Of a stretch of DNA of 64,000 bases, positions 1 through 7,164 are shown one piece after another; the stretch's first letter is position 1; every line of letters starts with the position of its first letter. The notes under the pieces are model-generated. The model was not told where the DNA came from. It saw nothing but the letters and a program-made list of their open reading frames with translations, and searched no databases. This DNA is from a virus: positions 1 to 64,000 of the IMG/VR virus record IMGVR_UViG_3300032050_000075; one strand, written 5' to 3'. Position numbers and translations under genes: made by a program.

Positions 1-138
1 ATCATCAATGCCATTCTAGACCATCGCCGTTATGGATATATCGAATTTGACATTTGGTTATCCCTAACATCTGTTTATTTCATATCTTGTGTTATGGTCC
101 TTTGGGGCTATACAAAAGATTATGGCAAACTCAAGTGA
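1..138 (+). CDS. 5'-truncated hypothetical membrane protein (C-terminal part)
   Basis: Frame 1 is open from the window edge to TGA at 136-138. It encodes a hydrophobic segment WLSLTSVYFISCVMVLWGY. Confidence 0.5.
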   Translation: MINAILDHRRYGYIEFDIWLSLTSVYFISCVMVLWGYTKDYGKLK

Positions 139-238
139 TCTTATTTTTATATACTGGGATGATGTTCCTGTATCTAAGTCAATTCAAGAAAAACTAATAC
201 AATCTTTTAATGATCAAAATGAGCAACAGCCCGGTTAG
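122..238 (+). CDS. small hypothetical protein, 38 aa (MANSSDLIFIYWDDVPVSKS...), not in ORF track
   Basis: Manual translation, ATG122 to TAG238. It overlaps both neighbours in the same way as other genes in this region. Confidence 0.45.
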   Translation: MANSSDLIFIYWDDVPVSKSIQEKLIQSFNDQNEQQPG

Positions 239-476
239 TGTAACCGAGGTATATGAGGGTACCATAGAATTAGATCGTAAATATGTATTTACAGTAGAGA
301 AAACAATTGTAGATAAGCCAGTTCCGGCTGATTTTCAACCCTATAATGTTAAAAATGTGTATTGTGTAGAGGATTGTGATGGAGAAATTGCTCCTGATGT
401 ATTATTTTTAATAGAAAGAACAATAATTAACTGGGGTAAAAAGAATGGAATCGGCAAATCAACTAAGGACGAATGA
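210..476 (+). CDS. hypothetical protein
   Basis: 88-aa ORF in a tightly packed + strand array. Start may be ATG219. Confidence 0.65.
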   Translation: MIKMSNSPVSVTEVYEGTIELDRKYVFTVEKTIVDKPVPADFQPYNVKNVYCVEDCDGEIAPDVLFLIERTIINWGKKNGIGKSTKDE

Positions 477-534
477 TCCTAATGAAACCAAACCTCCTGT
501 ATGGGAGGATCTAGGTTACGCAAATTTTGAATAG
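445..534 (+). CDS. small hypothetical protein, 29 aa (MESANQLRTNDPNETKPPVWEDLGYANFE), not in ORF track
   Basis: Manual translation. It fills the gap and ends 1 nt before ATG536. Confidence 0.4.
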   Translation: MESANQLRTNDPNETKPPVWEDLGYANFE

Positions 535-535
535 T

Positions 536-919
536 ATGAGTAAAAAAACCAAATTGCTTAAAGATCTATTGGTCTTACTAGCTGACCCAGATATTTACCA
601 TGTATACTCAGATTCAGGTGATGGGTTTAGACATGAGTATACTATTAAAATTAGAGAGACTGAGTCTGGTACTATGTATAGTATGGAGTACTCTGATACT
701 GGTGAATGGTCTGAAGAAATACGTGGTGTAAATGTATTTCATATACTAAATACCGGCAGTGGATTCAGATGGGTAGATACACTACCCGAGTTAGTCTTAG
801 AATATGACCAAATGTATCAGTTACAAGTCTTCCTGAGATTCATTCAGGATATAGAAGCCAGTGGTAACTATACCACTAAAGTTCTAAAAGTAGAAGAAGT
901 ATCATCTTATAAATTTTAA
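536..919 (+). CDS. hypothetical protein
   Basis: ORF track 527..919. ATG536 preferred over TTG527. Confidence 0.7.
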   Translation: MSKKTKLLKDLLVLLADPDIYHVYSDSGDGFRHEYTIKIRETESGTMYSMEYSDTGEWSEEIRGVNVFHILNTGSGFRWVDTLPELVLEYDQMYQLQVFLRFIQDIEASGNYTTKVLKVEEVSSYKF

Positions 920-926
920 CCAACAA

Positions 927-1439
927 ATGAAAAAAGTATTTATTGCTATGGCAATGGCTTTGCCTTTCCTATCCTTTTCACAACACTGTATTGTAAAAGA
1001 CTGTGATGAGATGACTGAAATATGTTATTATTATCCCAGACACAATATCATTTTTGCTAATGATGCTAAGACTCAGGGTTTTACAATGGATGCCCGGATT
1101 GTAGAAGATGGAGGTCAGTTATCTATTGCAGATATTATGATTACTAGTGTCAATATTGGTAACTGTAATGAGAATGATAAATTCATTATCATGTTTGACG
1201 ATAGCACTAAACTTTCATTAGTAAGCTGGAATAAGTTTAACTGTGAGGGTAATGCATGGTTTCATCTTGACTCTTCTGATATTGCTGCTTTAGCATCGCA
1301 TAAAATTATAAAAGTATACTTCCAGAATGGTAGAAGCTATGATTCATTTACCCGTCCAGTAAAGGCAGATGACCAAGCATACTTTATGACCATCATTGCG
1401 GATTGCAGAGAAAATAAATTTACAGTTAAGCCAAAATAA
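927..1439 (+). CDS. putative secreted/periplasmic protein with Sec signal peptide
   Basis: N-terminus MKKVFIAMAMALPFLSFS|Q has a basic n-region, an h-region and Gln at +1. Several Cys in the mature part. Confidence 0.7.
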   Translation: MKKVFIAMAMALPFLSFSQHCIVKDCDEMTEICYYYPRHNIIFANDAKTQGFTMDARIVEDGGQLSIADIMITSVNIGNCNENDKFIIMFDDSTKLSLVSWNKFNCEGNAWFHLDSSDIAALASHKIIKVYFQNGRSYDSFTRPVKADDQAYFMTIIADCRENKFTVKPK

Positions 1440-1440
1440 C

Positions 1441-1605
1441 ATGTGTCCAGATATCTCAATGTGTTCAGGGGGTGATTGCCCCCTGAAACACTCTTGTTAC
1501 AGACATACTGCTACTCCATCAGAGTTTAGGCAGAGTTATTTCTTAGGAATACCACTAGAAAAAGATGGTACATGTAAATATTATTGGGAGGATACAAATG
1601 AGTAA
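1441..1605 (+). CDS. small Cys-rich phage protein (DISMC...CPLK..CYR...C.YYW), possible metal binder
   Basis: ATG1441 follows the upstream stop by 1 nt. The motif resembles a common small-protein family of Bacteroidota phages. Confidence 0.65.
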   Translation: MCPDISMCSGGDCPLKHSCYRHTATPSEFRQSYFLGIPLEKDGTCKYYWEDTNE

Positions 1606-1858
1606 ACAAACAGCAGTAGAGTGGTTAGCTGAAATGAATACTGATATGAAAAAGCAAACAGCAGTAGAGTGGTTATTTGCACACCTATTACCTTTCCTTG
1701 AGTTCTCTGACTTAAAGGAAAGAGAGCATTTTAGAAAATGCTTATCTGAAGCCAAAGCAATGGAGAAGGAGCAGATTATTAATGCTTATGAGGTTAGCCA
1801 TATATCAATGATGACCAGTGAGCAATACTACAACGAAACATACGGAGGTGACAAATGA
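1598..1858 (+). CDS. small early phage protein of the KQTAVEWL...EQYYNETY type
   Basis: ATG1598 overlaps the end of the upstream gene. The KQTAVEWL N-terminus is duplicated. Confidence 0.7.
   Translation: MSKQTAVEWLAEMNTDMKKQTAVEWLFAHLLPFLEFSDLKEREHFRKCLSEAKAMEKEQIINAYEVSHISMMTSEQYYNETYGGDK
1607..1675 (+). repeat. 21-bp perfect direct repeat CAAACAGCAGTAGAGTGGTTA (1607-1627, 1655-1675)
   Basis: Read directly; 48-bp period, in frame. Confidence 0.95.
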
Positions 1859-2058
1859 ATAAATGGTTAGATTATCTATGGTTAAATAGATTTCAATGGT
1901 ATCGTAAATGGAGAAAAGGTACTTGGTATAAACATCAATTCACAGTAGATGCACAACAAATTTCTCTAACTTTTATCGGTACTTGGTGGGCAAGATATGG
2001 TTATTTAAATAGATATTCAATTGTAATTGACAACGAAACATACGGAGGTGACGAATGA
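1830..2058 (+). repeat. 29-bp direct repeat ACAACGAAACATACGGAGGTGACRAATGA (1830-1858, 2030-2058); 15-bp core again at 2505-2519
   Basis: Read directly, one mismatch between the long copies. Each copy spans an ATGA start/stop overlap. Confidence 0.95.
1855..2058 (+). CDS. small Trp/Tyr-rich hypothetical protein
   Basis: 67-aa ORF with ATGA overlaps at both ends, flanked by the 29-bp repeat. Confidence 0.7.
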   Translation: MNKWLDYLWLNRFQWYRKWRKGTWYKHQFTVDAQQISLTFIGTWWARYGYLNRYSIVIDNETYGGDE

Positions 2059-2144
2059 TAATCTTAGCAGCAGTTATTGTAAGCCTATCAATATGGTTAT
2101 GTGCACTTGAGTTAAATGAAATCAATAAAAAATTAAGGAAGTAA
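2055..2144 (+). CDS. 29-aa single-TM micropeptide MIILAAVIVSLSIWLCALELNEINKKLRK, not in ORF track
   Basis: ATG lies in the repeat junction. Hydrophobic helix plus basic tail; ends 3 nt before the next ATG. Confidence 0.6.
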   Translation: MIILAAVIVSLSIWLCALELNEINKKLRK

Positions 2145-2147
2145 ACA

Positions 2148-2519
2148 ATGAATAAAGAATTTATTCCATACGAACAAGCATTAGAACTCATTAAACTTGG
2201 GTTTGATGAAAAGTGTATAGCTTGGTATCCAAATGACTCAGCCGCATTATCCATTGATGGTGTTTATCTTGGTGAAAGAAGATCTGGTTCGTATAAATTA
2301 CTTGCATATGCACCACTATACCAACAAGCATTTAGATGGTTCAGAGAGAAGTATAAAGTAAGGTTTTTTATTCAATCAGGTATGTCAGATTTGGGAGAGT
2401 TCTTTAAGGTTATATTTCCCGATGGTGAGCAAAGGGGTATGAGCTATACTACCTACGAAGAAGCAGAGTTGGAATGCCTAAAGAAACTAATTGAAATAGT
2501 AAAAGGAGGTGACAAATGA
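2148..2519 (+). CDS. hypothetical protein (MNKEFIPYEQALEL..LGFDE.C / APLYQQAFRWFREK type)
   Basis: 123-aa ORF resembling a recurrent small-protein family of Bacteroidota phages. Confidence 0.75.
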   Translation: MNKEFIPYEQALELIKLGFDEKCIAWYPNDSAALSIDGVYLGERRSGSYKLLAYAPLYQQAFRWFREKYKVRFFIQSGMSDLGEFFKVIFPDGEQRGMSYTTYEEAELECLKKLIEIVKGGDK

Positions 2520-2560
2520 GAGTTTATCTTTTTTTAATAAACTTAATAAACTTGTTATAA

Positions 2561-2782
2561 ATGAGTAAAGTAACACTAGAGTTTAATCTTCCTGAAGATG
2601 TAGATGATTTCCGACATGCTGTCAATGGACAGGAGTACTACATTGCTCTGCATAATATCAGAGAGGATGTTAGACAAATCTGGAAGTACAGAGAACTCAG
2701 TAAAGAAGAGTATGCTCTTGTAGATGAGATTTACCAAATGATTAATCAAAGAATTAATGAAGGAGAAAGAGCCAATGATTAA
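2561..2782 (+). CDS. hypothetical protein (..LEFNLPED.. type)
   Basis: 73-aa ORF in the packed array. Confidence 0.7.
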   Translation: MSKVTLEFNLPEDVDDFRHAVNGQEYYIALHNIREDVRQIWKYRELSKEEYALVDEIYQMINQRINEGERAND

Positions 2783-3068
2783 AGAAGGTGATCAAGTAGT
2801 ATGTATAGATGATGTATTTGATCCCCGGTCAATTGAGATTATCCCTAATAGACCTATTAAAGATAATATCTATACTGTCCGAGAGATGAGATATTATGAT
2901 ATGCATGATAAAATGGGCATTACTCTAATGGAAATTAAAAATCCTCTTATTGTAAGAGACACATTTGGTAGAAAACAAGAACCTAGTTTTAACATTATCC
3001 GGTTTGCTCCGTTAGATGAGGTATTAGATAGTATTAGTATAGAAGAACTACAAGAAGAACTAGTATGA
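2774..3068 (+). CDS. hypothetical protein (GDQVVCID motif)
   Basis: ORF track 2757..3068. The internal ATG (MIKEG) near 2774-2777 is the more likely start. Confidence 0.65.
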
Positions 3069-3928
3069 GTAAAGTAAAATTAGTTACCCGGAAGTCTATG
3101 CAGATCAGACCTTCGGGTAGATCTACTGACTTCATTGCACCCAGTTTTGGGTATGGTTGTATAGGCTTTAATTGTTCATATTGCTACATGAAAAGACATA
3201 AGCCAGAAGGTCTAACAGTAGCTAAGAATATACATGATGTTCTTACTGCCATTGATCATCACTCTTGGTTTGCAGATGTAGATAAACCTAATCAGACTCA
3301 TAAGCATTATGTAACTTATGATATAGGTTGTAATGAAGACCTAGCACTTCATCATAAGTATTATGACTTTGATAAGATAGTTAGGTTTTTTAAGACTCAT
3401 GGAAAAGCATTTGGTTCATTTGCTACTAAATATGTAAACCGCAAATTGCTAGATTATGATCCTGCTAATTCTATGAGGATACGATTTAGCCTCATGCCCC
3501 AGAAATATGCTGATTTATTAGAGCCAGGGACTAGCAAGATATTAGATAGAATTATTGCTATTGATGAGTTCTTAGCAGCTGGTTGGGATGTACACATAAA
3601 CTTCAGTCCTGTAATCGTAACAGAAGGATGGGAACAAGAGTATGCAGCACTATTTCAGCTAGTGGATAAGTATGTTACTACCAAGCACAAAGTAAAAGCA
3701 GAGGTAATCTTCCTTACCCATAATGCTGATAAGCATAAGTATAACCTGGATCATGGTATACCTGGTGAAGAACTATTATGGAGACCAGATATTCAGGAAG
3801 ATAAAGTATCCGAATATGGGGGTAGGAATATTAGGTACAAGCACGACCTAAAAAATGATTATATCTATCAGTTTAAAATGTTGCACGATTTGATAATCCC
3901 TTGGAATACAATTAGATACATTTTTTAA
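3065..3928 (+). CDS. spore photoproduct lyase-like radical SAM protein
   Basis: GRSTDFIAPS..GC-x4-CSYCYM cluster motif, plus RIRFSLMP, VHINFSPVI and AEVIFLTHN motifs typical of SPL-family homologues. Confidence 0.85.
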   Translation: MSKVKLVTRKSMQIRPSGRSTDFIAPSFGYGCIGFNCSYCYMKRHKPEGLTVAKNIHDVLTAIDHHSWFADVDKPNQTHKHYVTYDIGCNEDLALHHKYYDFDKIVRFFKTHGKAFGSFATKYVNRKLLDYDPANSMRIRFSLMPQKYADLLEPGTSKILDRIIAIDEFLAAGWDVHINFSPVIVTEGWEQEYAALFQLVDKYVTTKHKVKAEVIFLTHNADKHKYNLDHGIPGEELLWRPDIQEDKVSEYGGRNIRYKHDLKNDYIYQFKMLHDLIIPWNTIRYIF

Positions 3929-3929
3929 T

Positions 3930-4244
3930 ATGACTGATGAGGACAAACTAAAAGTTATTAATCTACTAATGCTTCTGCAGATATGTGTATATGCAGCTGA
4001 TGAAACTACAACTATCTCTTGGTTCAATAAACAGAAAACTAAAAATGTTCTAAATACATTTCTTGATATCATTATTAAGGAGCACGGACACGTAATAAAA
4101 AGTTTTTGGGATATTCCTGAGATGGATATGGTGGAAATTACCAAAGTTCTTAGTAACTTTGGCAAAGCTGCCGGATCATTAGAATACTATGATCTAGTAG
4201 AAGTAACTAAATTAATTAACGATTATAAAAATCAAAAATCATGA
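3930..4244 (+). CDS. hypothetical protein
   Basis: 104-aa ORF coupled to both neighbours. Confidence 0.7.
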   Translation: MTDEDKLKVINLLMLLQICVYAADETTTISWFNKQKTKNVLNTFLDIIIKEHGHVIKSFWDIPEMDMVEITKVLSNFGKAAGSLEYYDLVEVTKLINDYKNQKS

Positions 4245-4645
4245 GTTGTTTATTCACTTGTTTGTTATTTGCAATTGGCGGTGCCCTTGCATCAGGTATT
4301 CTTGTTGATCTTAAATGGAAAGATGCTGCAAAAAAACTGATTGATAGAATCAGTTCTCTTGAAAGCGGTCTAAGCATTAAGCAATCAGAAATCAATAATT
4401 TAAATTCAAAATTGATTGCTGCTAATTCACGAATCAATATGCTTGATGTCAGTCTTTGTGCAAAAGATAAAGAACTTAGCGAACTATCAAAGACAGCAAA
4501 GCAGTCTGAAAAAACAGAAACTAATCCTAACGTTACTCCTGTAAATCCTCAACAAGGTTTGAGTAAAAAACGCGGTCCATATAAAAAGAAGAAGAATTAT
4601 GGCAGACCAGCTTCCAATAACAATTCAGCTAAGAAAACAGAATAA
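4241..4645 (+). CDS. membrane-anchored coiled-coil protein with Lys-rich tail
   Basis: N-terminal hydrophobic segment, heptad-like middle, KKRGPYKKKK near the C-terminus. Confidence 0.65.
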   Translation: MSCLFTCLLFAIGGALASGILVDLKWKDAAKKLIDRISSLESGLSIKQSEINNLNSKLIAANSRINMLDVSLCAKDKELSELSKTAKQSEKTETNPNVTPVNPQQGLSKKRGPYKKKKNYGRPASNNNSAKKTE

Positions 4646-4976
4646 AGAATTAGTCATTGTACATGACATGAGTAGATCAAAATTAGATCTATTTGTAAAA
4701 TCATTAGAGGAAGGACAGGTTGTTGCAGTTACTTACGAAGTAATTAGCGCAGATAAATCTTATGCTCAGTTATCTAAATTGATGAAATGCATAAGAGAAG
4801 TAGCAACCTATACAGGTGATACATTTGAGAGTGTAAAACATGAGGTAAAAATCCGGTCTGGACTATGCATTGATGGAAAATGCAAGTCGTTTGCTGACTG
4901 CTCAAAAGATGAGATGAGTCTAGCAATACAGGCAATAATTGAAATAGGTGATATTGTAGGATTTAACCTACATTAA
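4599..4976 (+). CDS. NinB/Orf-like ssDNA-binding recombination mediator
   Basis: The pattern KSYAQL..LMK.IREVA..TG....VK and KSFADCSKDEMS.AI resembles the NinB family. Confidence 0.55.
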   Translation: MADQLPITIQLRKQNKELVIVHDMSRSKLDLFVKSLEEGQVVAVTYEVISADKSYAQLSKLMKCIREVATYTGDTFESVKHEVKIRSGLCIDGKCKSFADCSKDEMSLAIQAIIEIGDIVGFNLH

Positions 4977-5019
4977 GACCAAAAAAGTGAGATAATGTAG
5001 GTTTTATCCTACATTATCT
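4955..5019. repeat. two tandem palindromes TGTAGG-N6-CCTACATTA (4955-4975, 4996-5016); the second extends to a perfect 12-6-12 inverted repeat (4990-5019)
   Basis: Read directly at the junction of two convergent genes. Confidence 0.9.
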
Positions 5020-5363
5020 TCTTTTGCAGGACCATCAACTGGTGTTTTGGTTTGTGTTGCAGGATCGTATTCAACCCAATGCAGTTTATCTTGTGTTCTT
5101 GCTGCAGATTCTACCAAAGTAAGGAATGCAAGAATGGTTTGGCAATGGTATGTAAAAGCATCATCAATAGTGCCTTGACCAATCTTTTTCATTACCTCCG
5201 TAAAATGTTCTTGGTCTTTGAATGGTACAAATTCCAATAGCATTTGATTAAATCGCATAACGTAATCTACAGGAAGTTCAATAGCAATGCTAGTATTTTC
5301 CTTATATACCTCAGCTCTTACAGGCTTGAGGTCTTCTACTGGGATTGTTGTTTCTTCTGACAT
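5004..5363 (-). CDS. hypothetical acidic protein; the only credible - strand gene in the early arm
   Basis: 119-aa ORF filling the gap between + genes, with an A-rich leader and an upstream promoter match. Confidence 0.8.
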   Translation of the reverse strand: MSEETTIPVEDLKPVRAEVYKENTSIAIELPVDYVMRFNQMLLEFVPFKDQEHFTEVMKKIGQGTIDDAFTYHCQTILAFLTLVESAARTQDKLHWVEYDPATQTKTPVDGPAKEDNVG

Positions 5364-5382
5364 GTTGATTTTATTTAATGCA

Positions 5383-5412
5383 CAAATATAAATGAAAGAT
5401 ATAAACTTACAA
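5383..5412 (-). promoter_or_regulatory. Bacteroidota/Flavobacterium-type sigma-A promoter TTG-N19-TATATTTG
   Basis: -7 element TAnnTTTG at 5390-5383 and TTG at 5412-5410, 19-nt spacer; 19 nt upstream of ATG5363. Confidence 0.7.
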
Positions 5413-6096
5413 GAAATAAAAGAAAAACTGTTTCAAAAGTTGAAGTCAGCTGGTTGGGGACCAGCAACTGTAAATTTTATTATGTCATCAGACTTTGATA
5501 ATATATTGGAATTCCTTTATAATGAATCAGTTAACGGTAAAAAGTGGACCCCACAGATAAAGAATCTATTCAGAGCATTTGAGGAATGTACATATGAAAA
5601 TACTAGGGTTGTAATACTTGGCCAAGATCCTTATCCCCAAGTAAATGTAGCAGATGGCATTGCATTTAGTTGTAGCATGTACGGCACAATAGAGAAGTCC
5701 CTAAAGTATATGTATGATTCTATAGAAAGGACCACAGATCAGCAGCTAGAAAGATCAGCAGACTTAACAAAATGGGCTAATCAAGGAATGTTAATGCTAA
5801 ATAGTGCATTGACTACGACAATAAATAAACCTGGGTCTCATCAGCTAGTATGGAAACCGTTTACTGCAGCAATTATTGATCATCTGATTTGGAATAAACC
5901 AGGTCTAATCTACGTATTTCTTGGTAAAAGAGCACAGGAATATGCTGATATGATACCAGATAATCATTACAAAATTTTTGCTACGCATCCTGCAAGTGCA
6001 GCTTATACTGGACAAGCTGAATGGGATTGCAATGATTTGTGGAATAAAATAAATAAAGAACTAGAAAGAAATGGGAAGCAGAAAATTAACTACTAA
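5392..6096 (+). CDS. ung: uracil-DNA glycosylase, family 1
   Basis: Motifs VVILGQDPYP, ADGIAFS, WANQGMLMLNSALT and HPAS. Confidence 0.93.
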   Translation: MKDINLQEIKEKLFQKLKSAGWGPATVNFIMSSDFDNILEFLYNESVNGKKWTPQIKNLFRAFEECTYENTRVVILGQDPYPQVNVADGIAFSCSMYGTIEKSLKYMYDSIERTTDQQLERSADLTKWANQGMLMLNSALTTTINKPGSHQLVWKPFTAAIIDHLIWNKPGLIYVFLGKRAQEYADMIPDNHYKIFATHPASAAYTGQAEWDCNDLWNKINKELERNGKQKINY

Positions 6097-6388
6097 AAAT
6101 TATGTACCACTACCTGAAAAAATATCTATCCGTGGATATTTAGATTACAAGTCTGGAGAATTCACATTTATTGTTTTTAGCAATAAAAGATATGTTCAAG
6201 CAAAAGGATTGTATGATGCTCTTTCTATATTTGGTATCAATTATGACAAAGCAAAATTGATTGTTGCTGAGATGTCTAATGAGCTAGATACTACTCATAA
6301 ATTCAGAACAACAGAAGCTAACTATACTCAATTTGCCTTAGACCAAAGATTTCTTTATGATACTAATACAGTTTTACGATATCCTTGA
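6071..6388 (+). CDS. hypothetical protein
   Basis: 105-aa ORF overlapping both neighbours. Confidence 0.6.
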   Translation: MGSRKLTTKNYVPLPEKISIRGYLDYKSGEFTFIVFSNKRYVQAKGLYDALSIFGINYDKAKLIVAEMSNELDTTHKFRTTEANYTQFALDQRFLYDTNTVLRYP

Positions 6389-6935
6389 TGAGCTGGATGT
6401 AACTCCCAATGCATTTCACATCTTATGGTGCATTGCTAATAAGCGCAGACCTAAATCTGTAAATGCACATACTGAATTAAGAAATCTTAATGCAGCTAAA
6501 CTTATAGATGATAAGTATGCAATAACCGAGGAAGGTAAAGCAGTATTGAAAAAGGTTGAGGATATATTCCAGGAAAAAATAGTAGAAGAAAAAGCTACTG
6601 TATCTGAAGATTATATTACTCAGTACCTTAATCTATTCCCTAAAGGTAAATTACCTAGTGGTAAATCAGCTAGAGTAAACCGTAGAGATATAGATAAAGC
6701 CTTTAAATGGTTCTTTCAGAACTATGACTATAGTTGGGATACAATTCTTAAAGCAACAGCCTACTATGTAGATAGTTTTGAGAAACAGAAGTTTATGTAC
6801 ATGAGAAATTCACAATACTTTATTGGTAAAACTAACCCAGACAAGACAAAAGATTCAGATCTTGCTAGTTATTGTGAGATAATTTTAAATGGTGGTTACG
6901 AAGAAGAAACCACATTATCAGAAAAAGTAGTATGA
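6357..6935 (+). CDS. putative DNA-binding replication protein (N-terminal wHTH-like region)
   Basis: wHTH-like end YAITEEGKAVL, then LFPKGKLPSGK and YMRNSQYFI; located just upstream of the helicase. Confidence 0.5.
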   Translation: MILIQFYDILDELDVTPNAFHILWCIANKRRPKSVNAHTELRNLNAAKLIDDKYAITEEGKAVLKKVEDIFQEKIVEEKATVSEDYITQYLNLFPKGKLPSGKSARVNRRDIDKAFKWFFQNYDYSWDTILKATAYYVDSFEKQKFMYMRNSQYFIGKTNPDKTKDSDLASYCEIILNGGYEEETTLSEKVV

Positions 6936-7129
6936 AGTATAAAAAGTTGGCAGCCGTTGTAATGATGTTATCCATCATGCTCCTGTTACATGTAATTGTT
7001 TGGAGGGTTAGTACTGATATACTACACATTCAAATTAGTTTTCTGCAGATAATTTTTATTAACATTCTCTTGGAATTGTTGAGTAAAGGTTATAGTTTTA
7101 TATCCCGGAAAGTCCTAGAATCATTCTAA
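6932..7129 (+). CDS. small two-TM membrane protein
   Basis: Two hydrophobic segments in 65 aa. Confidence 0.6.
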   Translation: MKYKKLAAVVMMLSIMLLLHVIVWRVSTDILHIQISFLQIIFINILLELLSKGYSFISRKVLESF

Positions 7130-7164
7130 GTTACTGCTCCGGTAACAATCTCATTTTCAGTATA

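Noticed and set aside
1830-2519. CRISPR-like array interpretation of the 29-bp repeats
   Set aside because: Only two full copies and one partial copy; the spacers are hundreds of bp long and encode genes; no cas operon.
4241-4645. i-spanin call for the TM plus coiled-coil protein
   Set aside because: There is no nested or adjacent o-spanin lipoprotein and no lysis genes nearby; it sits in the early region.
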